Assembly: GCA_024638325.1 (NCBI GenBank)
Contig: JAHEKM010000001.1
Coordinates: 18,279-82,278, forward strand
Direction of reading: 5' to 3'
Length of the DNA stretch: 64,000 nt
Source: Gemmatimonadota bacterium
GTDB lineage: Bacteria; Gemmatimonadota; Gemmatimonadetes; Longimicrobiales; Gaopeijiaceae
This document shows, one piece after another, positions 38,204 to 46,864 of the stretch. The position numbers and the translations under genes are program-made. The notes beneath the pieces are model-generated. The model searched no databases. It saw nothing but the letters and a program-made list of their open reading frames with translations, and had not been told where the DNA came from. Within the stretch, counting starts at the first letter, position 1; each line of letters opens with the position of its first letter.

Positions 38204-39418
38204 CTACGACGTGAAGCCCGCCGCCACCCCGGCCGCGATCCGCGCGAGCGCATCCTCCAGCACCTCGTCCGCAGACGCGTAACTCATACGCACCCAACGG
38301 TCGTCGCCGAACGCCGAGCCCGGCACCAGCGCCACCCCCTGCTCCTCGATCAACTTCTGGCACCAGGTGGTCGCGTCCTTCACCTGGTCGTCGAAGAAGC
38401 TGTCCACACGGAAGTAGAGATAGAACGCGCCGAGTGGATCCACGAAGTCGACGCCTGGCAGAAGCTCGGTCACGCGAGTCTTCACCAGGTCGCGCCGGCG
38501 CCTGAAGGCGCCATTCATCTCGGCAACGGCCGCGGCGGCCGCGTCGACGTCCGCGTATGCGGCGAGGGCCGCGGCCTGCGAAGGCGTCGACGGATTGGAC
38601 GTCATCTGGCTTTGGAGCGCGGAGAACTTCTTCGACAGATCGAGCGGGGCAAACGTGTAGCCGATGCGCCATCCGGTCATCGCGAAGCACTTCGACGCGC
38701 CGTCGATGAGCACGAAAGGCCCCAGGTCGGACTCGGGAAGGTCCAGCAGCCCGGGGGCGGCGGCCCCCTCCTCCCCGTAGTAGATCGCGCGGTAGATCTC
38801 GTCGCTCAGGATCCAGACGTCGTGCTTCTTGGCCCAAGCCGCGATCTCCGCGAGTTCGGACTTGGTGTAGACCGCCCCGGACGGGTTCGACGGACTGTTG
38901 AGCACCATGCCGCGGGTGCGCTCTGAGCGAGCGGCCTCGAGCTCTGCAGGACCGACCTTGAAGTCGTTGCCGATGTCGCCCTCGACAATCACGGGTTCGG
39001 CCCGTGCCAGCCCGACGAGCGCCGGGTAGGTCGTCCAATAGGGCGACAGGATCAACACCTCGTCGCCAGGGCCGAAGAGCGCGAAGATGGCGTTGAAGAG
39101 TGCCTGCTTGGCCCCGGCCGTGACCACGACCTCCTCCCAGTTCGCGTCACGCCCCGAGCGCTGGCTCAGGTGCGCGGCGATTGCCTTACGGAGCTGCGGC
39201 GTACCGGGCGGCGGCGTGTACCGAGTCTGTCCAGCCCTGATCCCCTGTATCGCGGCTTCCTGGATGAAGGCTGGGGTGTCGAAGTCCGGCTCTCCGGCGC
39301 TCAGGTTCAGAATGTCTCGGCCTTCGCTGGCAAGGCGCTTCGCGAGCGAGCTCACGGCCATGGTCGCCGAGGGCTTGAGCGTGCTGATGTTCGCGCTGTA
39401 CTCCATGCGTATCTCCAC
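38204..39418 (-). CDS. class I/II pyridoxal-phosphate aminotransferase (aspartate aminotransferase-like)
   Basis: LSAGEPDFDTP, RYTPPPG, NSPSNPSG and SKCFAMTGWRIGY (PLP lysine) are present. An alternative start lies at 39406. Confidence 0.9.
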   Translation of the reverse strand: MEIRMEYSANISTLKPSATMAVSSLAKRLASEGRDILNLSAGEPDFDTPAFIQEAAIQGIRAGQTRYTPPPGTPQLRKAIAAHLSQRSGRDANWEEVVVTAGAKQALFNAIFALFGPGDEVLILSPYWTTYPALVGLARAEPVIVEGDIGNDFKVGPAELEAARSERTRGMVLNSPSNPSGAVYTKSELAEIAAWAKKHDVWILSDEIYRAIYYGEEGAAAPGLLDLPESDLGPFVLIDGASKCFAMTGWRIGYTFAPLDLSKKFSALQSQMTSNPSTPSQAAALAAYADVDAAAAAVAEMNGAFRRRRDLVKTRVTELLPGVDFVDPLGAFYLYFRVDSFFDDQVKDATTWCQKLIEEQGVALVPGSAFGDDRWVRMSYASADEVLEDALARIAAGVAAGFTS

Positions 39419-39545
39419 TGATCAGACAGGCGCACCGGCACGGGCGGTCGGCCTGCGCGGGCGGTCGAATATGGTGCCAGTGGCGCGCGCGAGGAAGCCG
39501 AACCCGGGGTGGCAGCGAGGGGGCGCAGCCGGCACCTTCCGGCCC

Positions 39546-40127
39546 ATGCATGCGCCCCCTGTACGTCTCTACTTCGACTTCGTCGACCCGCTCTGCTTTG
39601 TAGCCGCGCTCCGGCACGAGGCCAGGAGCGACGCCCGCTACCAAGGGGACGTCGAGTGGGTCGGCTTCGAGCTCGTTGCTCCCCCGGCGCCGCTCACCGA
39701 TCAAGCCGATCCGTTCTGGGCCGGTCGACTCGAGGCAGCGACCAAGTCAGCGACAGGACTCGATGTGCGGTTGACCCCACCCGCCCTGGTGCCTTGGTCC
39801 CGAAAGGCGCACGAGCTGCATCTGTTCGCCGCGGAGCACGGACGGGCCCCTGCGGTGCGCCGAGCGATCTTCGACGCCTACTTCCGTGACGGACGGGACA
39901 TCGGCCGGGTGGACGTGCTGGTCGAGGTCGCCGCCGAGGCCGGGATGGACCGGACCGAGACGAAAGCGGTCCTCGACGTAGATCGATATCAGGAAGACGT
40001 CACGGCCGCGCGGCGGCGCGCCACGGAGCTCGGTGTGACCGAGGTGCCCAGCCACTCGCTCGCCGGGCAGGTGAGGCGGGGCTTCCCTGACCCTTCGGCA
40101 CTCGGCACCTTACTGCCCGACGAATAG
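39546..40127 (+). CDS. DsbA-family (FrnE/HCCA-isomerase-like) thioredoxin-fold protein with a single Cys
   Basis: LYFDFVDPLCFVA sits at the position of the DsbA CxxC, and ...GVTEVPS is near the C-terminus. Start trimmed to the ATG at 39546. Confidence 0.6.
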   Translation: MHAPPVRLYFDFVDPLCFVAALRHEARSDARYQGDVEWVGFELVAPPAPLTDQADPFWAGRLEAATKSATGLDVRLTPPALVPWSRKAHELHLFAAEHGRAPAVRRAIFDAYFRDGRDIGRVDVLVEVAAEAGMDRTETKAVLDVDRYQEDVTAARRRATELGVTEVPSHSLAGQVRRGFPDPSALGTLLPDE

Positions 40128-40157
40128 CAGAACACTCACCCAAAGTCCCACGGTCGC

Positions 40158-40460
40158 ATGGCCGGCTATCAGAGAAAGACGGCGCTGTCTCCCAAGGAGG
40201 TGCTCGAGAAGGCGGAGCTCCTCCTGCCCGAGACGATCGGCCTCAACCGTACCGGCCAGACGGCGCACGGGGCGACGTTCGACGGCGAGGAAGGCACGGT
40301 CACGCTGTCCGCGCACCGCCACGGGCCCTACACGAGCGTGATCGCCAATACCGACCGGCTGCGCACGTCCCGGCTCGACTACGAGATTCAGCGGTTCCTG
40401 AATCGGCTCCCATACGAGCCGGGCGACGTCGGCGGTCCGGGCGCCGGCGAGCCCACCTGA
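40158..40460 (+). CDS. hypothetical protein (100 aa)
   Basis: GC3-biased ORF ending 11 nt upstream of the helicase-like gene. No motif recognised. Confidence 0.45.
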   Translation: MAGYQRKTALSPKEVLEKAELLLPETIGLNRTGQTAHGATFDGEEGTVTLSAHRHGPYTSVIANTDRLRTSRLDYEIQRFLNRLPYEPGDVGGPGAGEPT

Positions 40461-40471
40461 TCGGCACCCGC

Positions 40472-42013
40472 TTGGATTCCTTCGAGGAGCTCGGCGTCAC
40501 GCCGGAGCTGGTCGAGGCTCTGGCCGCGGAAGGAATCGAGCGGCCCACGCCCTTGCAGGAGAGCGCGATCCCCGTGATTCGCCACGGGAACAACCTCTTG
40601 CTGGCGGCCGGTCCCGGAAGCGGACTTCTCGTCTCCTGGGCGTTGGCGCTGTTGGAGCAGCTCGACCAGGAGCAGGACTCGTCCCAGGTCCTCGTCCTGA
40701 CCGCGACCCCCGAGGCCGCGGACCGCCTCGGCGAGGCCCTGGCCCGCCTGGCCGCCGCGCTCGGCGTCACCGTCGCGGCACTCGGCTCTCCCTGGAGCCT
40801 TCCCGGCCGGGCGCACCTGTTGTTGGGCACCCCACTCGACGTCCTCGCAGCGGTCGCGGCGGGCGAGGTCGCGCTCGGTCAGCTGCGCGCCGTCGTCATC
40901 GAGCAGGCCCAGGAGATCGAGAGCCTCACCGGATTGGACGACGTCGAGCGTGTCTTCGAGTACCTGCCCGGCGAAGCCCAGCGCGTTGTGACCGCACTCC
41001 CCGTCAGCGACGGTGTCTCCGACCTTGTCGACCGCCATGTGAAGCGTGCGCCGATTCTCCCGGCCGCCGACAGGGATTCCGCGCCCAAGCGCGGCTCGGT
41101 CCGATTCCGCATCACGCCAGAACCCCGAGAAGTCGCGGCGCTTTCCCTGGCCGCGGAGTTGCTGCCGGAGCACGCCCGGCATCTGCTCTACTTCTGTCGA
41201 AGCGAGGATCGCGCCGCCGACCTGGGCGACTACCTCACGCTGCACGGATACATGGCGGGGGCCCCCGGTGACACGTCGGTACCCGTATGGCTCGGCGTCG
41301 ACGCGCTGGCCGCCCGCGCCGAGGCCAAGGGCCTGGAAGGCGTGGTGGTCGTCAGCTGCGACGTTCCCCCCGATCCGGACACGCTCGATCGGCGTCACGG
41401 CTTCACTCCGGAAGGCGTCGTCATCGTCCTGCCCCGCGAGCTGGCGCACCTCAAGCATACCGGGCGCCGCACAGGGTACGAGACGGTGCCGTTCCCCCCG
41501 CCGGCAGACGGCGCTCCGAGCCCGGTGGTGCAACTGAGGGCCGAGCTCGAGGCCGCGCTCGTAAACGAAGACACGGCGCCCTACCTGACGGTGCTCGAGC
41601 CTCTCTTCGAGAAGCACGATCCGGCCGAAGTCGCGGCAGCCGCCGTGGCACTCCTGCGTCGTCGCGTGCCCGCCACGCCGGTCACCGCCCCCACGGGCCC
41701 GAGGCCGTCGGAGCCCGCCTCGGGCGACGCGCCCTCTTGGGCCAAGCTCTTCCTCAGCGTCGGCGAGCGCGCCGGGCTGCGCGCCGGCGACGTGCTCGGC
41801 GCCATCACCGGCGAAGCACAGGTCGACGGACGGGCAGTCGGCAAGATCGAGATCCATGAGAGCCACACCCTCGTCGAGGTCCATGACACCGTGGCCCGCA
41901 AGGTCATCAAGGCGCTGAACGGAACGACCATCAGGGGCCGCGCCGTGCGGGCGGACTTCGACCGACCGCGCCGCGGAGCGCCGACCGGCCGCAAGCCACG
42001 CGGAGGCCGTTGA
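40472..42013 (+). CDS. DEAD-box-helicase-like protein with degenerate ATPase motifs and a C-terminal DbpA-type RNA-binding domain
   Basis: The Q motif is kept (FEELGV...RPTPLQ). Motif I is AGPGSGLL (no Lys-Thr), motif II is IEQA instead of DEAD, and motif VI is absent. The C-terminal segment LFLSVGERAGLRAGDVLGAI...IHESHTLVEV...ALNGTTIRGRAV resembles a DbpA RBD. TTG start. Confidence 0.65.
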   Translation: MDSFEELGVTPELVEALAAEGIERPTPLQESAIPVIRHGNNLLLAAGPGSGLLVSWALALLEQLDQEQDSSQVLVLTATPEAADRLGEALARLAAALGVTVAALGSPWSLPGRAHLLLGTPLDVLAAVAAGEVALGQLRAVVIEQAQEIESLTGLDDVERVFEYLPGEAQRVVTALPVSDGVSDLVDRHVKRAPILPAADRDSAPKRGSVRFRITPEPREVAALSLAAELLPEHARHLLYFCRSEDRAADLGDYLTLHGYMAGAPGDTSVPVWLGVDALAARAEAKGLEGVVVVSCDVPPDPDTLDRRHGFTPEGVVIVLPRELAHLKHTGRRTGYETVPFPPPADGAPSPVVQLRAELEAALVNEDTAPYLTVLEPLFEKHDPAEVAAAAVALLRRRVPATPVTAPTGPRPSEPASGDAPSWAKLFLSVGERAGLRAGDVLGAITGEAQVDGRAVGKIEIHESHTLVEVHDTVARKVIKALNGTTIRGRAVRADFDRPRRGAPTGRKPRGGR

Positions 42014-42053
42014 CGTTCGACGTTCGCCAGCGATCCCCGGTCCCAAACGAACA

Positions 42054-42084
42054 GGGCCCGCGCCACTCTCGGTGGCACGGGCCC
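42054..42084. terminator. GC-rich hairpin between convergent genes, a possible bidirectional terminator
   Basis: gggcccgcgccac-tctc-ggtggcacgggccc forms a 13-bp stem with one mismatch. T-rich flanks occur on both strands (tcgtcatttc and tgttcgtttggg). Confidence 0.5.
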
Positions 42085-42168
42085 TCGTCATTTCACGGCG
42101 CGGACGGTCGTGCGGCTCGACCGCCCCTCAGGTGACCTACTTCCGTCACCCGCGTCCGACGTGGCGAG

Positions 42169-42453
42169 CTACTGAATGGCGTCCTTCAGTCCCTTACCGG
42201 CCCGGAACGCGGGCGTCTTCGTCGCGGCGATGTGGATGGCCTGACCCGTTCGGGGGTTACGGCCCATACGCGCCTTTCGCTGCTTGGATTCGAACGTACC
42301 GAAGCCGGTGATCTGCACGCGCTGGCCGGCCTTCAACGCACCCGCGATGACACCGTTGGACGGCGCGAACAGCGCGTCGACAGCTTGCGCCGCGTCGGCC
42401 TTGGTCATTCCGGCGCTGCTGGCGAGGGCGTCCACGAGATCGGACTTGTTCAT
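42169..42453 (-). CDS. hup: HU-family DNA-binding protein
   Basis: MNKSDLVDALA...ITGFGTFESKQRKARMGRNPRTGQAIHIAATKTPAFRAGKGLKD matches HU. Confidence 0.93.
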   Translation of the reverse strand: MNKSDLVDALASSAGMTKADAAQAVDALFAPSNGVIAGALKAGQRVQITGFGTFESKQRKARMGRNPRTGQAIHIAATKTPAFRAGKGLKDAIQ

Positions 42454-42757
42454 GAGGCAGCTCCTGAGAGGCTGGATGAGGGTGAGGTCGGCCGGAGCCG
42501 CCTCGGTTGCTGGGCCTGGCTAGCGGTCTCCAGGGAGTGGCCGAACACTCGAAAAGCCGCATGAATCAAGTGCTTCCGGGCCTTGCAGGTCTCGTTGTGC
42601 CGTACGGTAAGCGCCGGCATGTTGAGCGTCAAGAGAGACGAATGGCCAAATCCCCGCTTATTTCCTGGCTTCTTGGCCGTTCGGGCGTGGTCTGGAGCCC
42701 CCGGGTTACGAGGAGGTGTGGGAGCTCAGCCTCCTAGAGCGCTAGCCGGCGCAGCCG

Positions 42758-42955
42758 TTAGACCTCGGCAGCCTCTCGACGCTTCTTGATCATCGAGTAG
42801 ATCACGAAGATCACCGCGCCAATCAGCGCGAACTTCAGAGCCGTGCCCACGAGCCCCAGCACGACCGCCAGGAGCGGTAGCAGGATCGTCGCAAAAAGCT
42901 TCCAAAGAACCACGCCCGATATCGCGGCGAAGGCCACTGGGGCGATGCTTCTCAT
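42758..42955 (-). CDS. small two-TM membrane protein (65 aa)
   Basis: Hydrophobic helices IAPVAFAAISGVVLWKLFATILLPLLAVVLGLV and FALIGAVIFVIYSMI, followed by a basic tail KKRRE. Confidence 0.5.
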   Translation of the reverse strand: MRSIAPVAFAAISGVVLWKLFATILLPLLAVVLGLVGTALKFALIGAVIFVIYSMIKKRREAAEV

Positions 42956-42970
42956 GTCATCCTCCGAGTC

Positions 42971-43285
42971 GTGCGTTCGACAGGCCCTACGGCCGCGTGG
43001 CGCTCCCGGTTTCGCGAACGCCCATGTTCCAGTCGGCAGCGCGCGTACCTTAAGGCTCCCCCCGGCAGGGCGGCAATCACGGTGAAGAGAACCGAATCAT
43101 ACACCGCGGAGGAGCGGAAAGCCCTCGCAGAGGCCGTGCGCCAAGGCCAGCCGGCGACCTGCCCGCGGTGCGCTGCCCCACTTGACGAGTGGCCCGTGCC
43201 GCCACGGGGAGACGTGTCGTATGTCCGCGACCGGGTCTGGCTCGTGTGCGGACCCTGCTCAACGAGCGCCGTGCTGGACCGGTAG
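42971..43285 (+). CDS. small zinc-ribbon-like protein, start uncertain
   Basis: CPRC-x(34)-CGPC gives a four-Cys pattern. A GTG at 43082 would give 67 aa and is more plausible than the Arg-rich N-terminal extension. Confidence 0.4.
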   Translation: MRSTGPTAAWRSRFRERPCSSRQRAYLKAPPGRAAITVKRTESYTAEERKALAEAVRQGQPATCPRCAAPLDEWPVPPRGDVSYVRDRVWLVCGPCSTSAVLDR

Positions 43286-43348
43286 GAGCCGCACCTCCCC
43301 ACTCTCGCTATTGTACGATCTGACCCCATTCTTTCAGGAGCACGCCGA

Positions 43349-43822
43349 ATGCCGAACCCCACCGTCACCATCGAGACGAATCACGGAACCATCGTCGCGG
43401 AGCTGTTCGAAGACCTCGCTCCCAAGACCACGGCCAACTTCGTAGAGCTGGCTGAAAAGGGGTACTACGACGGAGTGATCTTCCACCGCGTCATCGAGGA
43501 TTTCATGATCCAAGGCGGTGATCCGACCGGTACTGGACGGGGCGGCCCCGGCTATACGATCCCGGACGAGTTCGGAAAAGGGCTGGCCCACACTCAAGCG
43601 GGTCTGTTTTCCATGGCGAACGCCGGACCGAATACGGGCGGATCCCAGTTCTTCATCACTCTGGCAGCCACCCCCTGGCTCGACGGAAAGCACGCCATTT
43701 TCGGCAAGGTGACCTCTGGGCTCGACGTCGTGAAGACGATCGGCAAGTTGCCGACCGGCATGGGGGACCGCCCGGTCGAGGACGTGGTGATGGAGAAGGT
43801 GTCGGCAAACAAGAGCGACTGA
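43349..43822 (+). CDS. ppiB: cyclophilin-type peptidyl-prolyl cis-trans isomerase
   Basis: FHRVIEDFMIQGGDPTGTGRGGPGY...GLFSMANAGPNTGGSQFFIT...LDGKHAIFGKV matches cyclophilins. Confidence 0.95.
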   Translation: MPNPTVTIETNHGTIVAELFEDLAPKTTANFVELAEKGYYDGVIFHRVIEDFMIQGGDPTGTGRGGPGYTIPDEFGKGLAHTQAGLFSMANAGPNTGGSQFFITLAATPWLDGKHAIFGKVTSGLDVVKTIGKLPTGMGDRPVEDVVMEKVSANKSD

Positions 43823-43840
43823 GGCGTGGCCTAGGCGAGC

Positions 43841-44272
43841 ATGAAGCTCACGCGCGAAGACAACCCCGCATCGCTCGAGCGATACGGCCATCTGAAGCCC
43901 GCGCGGCGCTCCAGCGCCGGACGCTGCTATCAGTTGTGCCCTGGGACGGCGCGCTCCTGCGGGCGAGAGAAGGGGCACCGCGGCCCGCACGCGGCATTCG
44001 GCGCCCTCAGGCGGCTCACGGCCGTGTGGGACGGGTCGGGACCCGCAGCCGTGACCCAGGCCGTGGATGCTCGACCAGAAACACCAGCGGGGCGGTCCCG
44101 GTCCAAGAAGCCGATCGGGCTCCGGTCCGGGAGCCCTTCGAGTCCATTGAAGTGGGCACGCGACTGGATCGGTCTCGCGTTCGGGTCCGCCGAGGAGCTG
44201 GCCTGGGCGCTCTTCTTCCTCGTCTTCGTCGGCTTCGCCATCGGGGGCTTCCTCCTCATCTACCTCGGATGA
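43841..44272 (+). CDS. hypothetical Cys/His-rich protein with a C-terminal TM anchor
   Basis: C-x3-C-x6-C-x6-H-x3-H cluster near the N-terminus and C-terminal WALFFLVFVGFAIGGFLLIYL. Confidence 0.4.
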   Translation: MKLTREDNPASLERYGHLKPARRSSAGRCYQLCPGTARSCGREKGHRGPHAAFGALRRLTAVWDGSGPAAVTQAVDARPETPAGRSRSKKPIGLRSGSPSSPLKWARDWIGLAFGSAEELAWALFFLVFVGFAIGGFLLIYLG

Positions 44273-44281
44273 GCGACCGCG

Positions 44282-45187
44282 GTGACCACCTACCTCCTGG
44301 TCGTGAATCCGAAGTCCGGGCGGGGGAGCGGGCGCTCGCGGGCAGAGGCGCTGCGGACCGCGCTGGGTGCGGACGCGGACGTCGAGGTCTTCGAGACGCG
44401 CCATCGTGGTCACGCGTCGGAGGTCGTCGCGGAGCGCGCGAGGGAAGTGGAACGGGTCGTCGCGATCGGTGGGGACGGCACCCTGAACGAGGTCCTCTCC
44501 GGCTTGATGAGCACCGGAGAGGGCCCTGAAACACTTCCCTCGCTCGGCTTCCTGGCGTCGGGGACGGCGAACGCGGCCACGAAGGCCTTCGGCTTCGCGC
44601 CCGACCCCGCAGGCGCGGCTCGGGCGCTCCGTGACGCCGCACCGCGCTTGGTCGACGTCGGAGTGGTCACGCACGCCGGTGGGCGGCGCCCCTTCCTGCT
44701 CTGGTTCGGGGCCGGCTATGACGCCATCGTGATCGATGCGCTCAACAGCACGCGCACCGGTCCCATGGGAATGCTCGGCCTCGCCCGCGGATTTCCAGGA
44801 GTGGTCAGGGCGGTACACCGCTATCCCGCGCCCGAGATCACGGTCCGGGCAGACGACCATCGGGAGCGGAAAGGCGCAAGCATGGTCCTCGCCAACGTCG
44901 CAGCGATGGGTCTCGGGAGCACGGCGACGCCCGCCGCCGACCCGCACGACGGCCTCATGGACCTGCTGACCGTGCCTCGTGCCGGTACGCTCGGCCTGGC
45001 GAGCCTGTGGATGCGTATGATGGTCTCCAGCCTCGCCCACGCCCACGGTGTGGAACACGTCGCCGTTACCCGCGTTCGCTTCGAGGCCGACGGCACCGTG
45101 CCGTTCCAACTCGACGGCGAGCCAGTCGGGACGTTGCCGGCCGATGTGCGGGTCGAACCCGGCGCCTTGCGCCTGCTGCTGGCATGA
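44282..45187 (+). CDS. diacylglycerol/lipid kinase family protein (YegS/BmrU-like)
   Basis: LLVVNPKSGRG and VVAIGGDGTLNEV are present. GTG start. Confidence 0.85.
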   Translation: MTTYLLVVNPKSGRGSGRSRAEALRTALGADADVEVFETRHRGHASEVVAERAREVERVVAIGGDGTLNEVLSGLMSTGEGPETLPSLGFLASGTANAATKAFGFAPDPAGAARALRDAAPRLVDVGVVTHAGGRRPFLLWFGAGYDAIVIDALNSTRTGPMGMLGLARGFPGVVRAVHRYPAPEITVRADDHRERKGASMVLANVAAMGLGSTATPAADPHDGLMDLLTVPRAGTLGLASLWMRMMVSSLAHAHGVEHVAVTRVRFEADGTVPFQLDGEPVGTLPADVRVEPGALRLLLA

Positions 45188-45690
45188 CCCGGTCCGCCTT
45201 CTTCGCCGCGGCGCTCCTGTTGGCGTTCTCGCCTCCGGTGACGGCGCAGGAGGACAGCCTCCCCGGCGTCTTCGTGGCGCTCGCGGGCGAGTGGGAGGGC
45301 TCGGGCCTCCTGTTCGGCAACCCGGCCGCCTTCCGGATGTCGTGGACCCCGCTCGCGGGAGGCTTCGTGCGACTGTCTTTCACGAATCTGATGCTGGGGG
45401 AGAACGGGGACTCGATCCCCGTTCTCCACGCCGAGGCGACGTACCGGGTGGACGGGACGACGGCGCTCGGCGTGTGGATCGACGACCGTCCCCAGCAGCT
45501 GACGCTGAGCGCCAACCTCACGGACAGCAGCGTGGTCACCGAGTGGGTGGCGCCAGCCGAGCGCGGTCGAACCGAGTACGTCGTCACCGCGGAGGGTGGG
45601 GTGGTCGTACGCGACTACGTCATCGGAGACTCGGGCCCGCGCCTCTTCGCCGAGAGCACCTACGTCCGCACGGACGCTGCCGGCCGGTAA
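45184..45690 (+). CDS. secreted hypothetical protein
   Basis: The ATG overlaps the upstream TGA (ATGA). Signal peptide is MTRSAFFAAALLLAFSPPVTAQE. Confidence 0.55.
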   Translation: MTRSAFFAAALLLAFSPPVTAQEDSLPGVFVALAGEWEGSGLLFGNPAAFRMSWTPLAGGFVRLSFTNLMLGENGDSIPVLHAEATYRVDGTTALGVWIDDRPQQLTLSANLTDSSVVTEWVAPAERGRTEYVVTAEGGVVVRDYVIGDSGPRLFAESTYVRTDAAGR

Positions 45691-45692
45691 GC

Positions 45693-46154
45693 ATGCGGAG
45701 CGCGGAGCTGACCGTCAGGCCCTATGTGGACAGTGATCTCGAGGACTGCCTAGACGTCTTTGCCTCGAACGTGCCCCAGTTCTTTCGTGCGCACGAGCGG
45801 TCGGAGTTCGAAGCGTTCCTGTCTTCGCTACCGGGGCCCTACTTCGTCGTTCGAGACGACGGTGGAGCCACGGTCGCCTGTGGCGGATACGCCGTGGATG
45901 CTGACACGGCCGACCTGTGCTGGGGCATGGTCCGTCGCGAGAACCACGGCACCGGGCTCGGCCGCGGGCTGACCGAACTCAGGCTGGCCGAGTTGCGCAG
46001 AGACGCACGGGTCCGACGCGTTCGGTTGCACACCAGCCATTACACCGTCGGCTTCTACGAGCGCTTGGGCTTCCGAGCGACCCAGGTGGTGTCCGACGGC
46101 TACGCCCCCGGCCTGCATCGTCACGACATGGTGATGGAGCTCGGCTACCGGTGA
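45693..46154 (+). CDS. GNAT-family N-acetyltransferase
   Basis: RRENHGTGLGRGL is the acetyl-CoA-binding Q/RxxGxG/A motif, followed by FYERLGF. Starts 2 nt after the previous stop. Confidence 0.75.
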   Translation: MRSAELTVRPYVDSDLEDCLDVFASNVPQFFRAHERSEFEAFLSSLPGPYFVVRDDGGATVACGGYAVDADTADLCWGMVRRENHGTGLGRGLTELRLAELRRDARVRRVRLHTSHYTVGFYERLGFRATQVVSDGYAPGLHRHDMVMELGYR

Positions 46155-46864
46155 GGCGCATCGTCGGCACCCTGCTTACCGTCGCTATGCTGGGGCTCGC
46201 GGGCTGCTTCCCGCCACCGCCGGAGGACGCCGAGCCCGTGGTCGTGGTTCACGGGCTCGGGCGGACACCGGCGTCGATGTCCGTGCTCGAGTTCCGGCTC
46301 GAGGCGGAGGGATACCGGGTGGTGAGCTTCGGCTACCCCTCTCGGTCCGAGCCCATGGAGGGCCTGGTCGAGCTACTCGCCGACGAGGTCCTACGGTGCT
46401 GCGCCGAGCAAGCGGAGACGGTGCACTTCGTCACCCATTCGATGGGGGGTATTCTCGTGCGCGCGTATCTGGCCGAGCGGCCCACGGCCCACCGCGGACG
46501 AGTGGTCATGCTGAGCCCGCCGGCGGGTGGCAGCGAGGTCATCGACGCGTTCTCCGACTCACCGCTGCTCCGTCTCGTTGTGGGCCCGGCGGGCGTGGAA
46601 CTCGGTACCGACTCCACAGGCGTGGCGGAGCGCTTCGGACCGGTCCGCTTCACCCTCGGCGTCATCACGGGTGACCTCAGCTTCAATCCGGTCACGTCGT
46701 GGATCATCCCCGGCCCGGACGACGGCAAGGTGAGCGTCGACAACGCTCGGGTCGCGGGCGCGGCCGACTTTCTGGTGGTGTCCGCGACCCACACGTTCAT
46801 CATGAATCAAGCGGACGTGGCCGAGGCGACCATTCGCTTCCTGAGGGAGGGGCGCTTCAGGTGA
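46151..46864 (+). CDS. alpha/beta-hydrolase (lipase/esterase-like) lipoprotein
   Basis: GTGA start/stop overlap, lipobox MLGLAGC, VVVVHGLGRT and nucleophile elbow HSMGG. Confidence 0.75.
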   Translation: MRRIVGTLLTVAMLGLAGCFPPPPEDAEPVVVVHGLGRTPASMSVLEFRLEAEGYRVVSFGYPSRSEPMEGLVELLADEVLRCCAEQAETVHFVTHSMGGILVRAYLAERPTAHRGRVVMLSPPAGGSEVIDAFSDSPLLRLVVGPAGVELGTDSTGVAERFGPVRFTLGVITGDLSFNPVTSWIIPGPDDGKVSVDNARVAGAADFLVVSATHTFIMNQADVAEATIRFLREGRFR

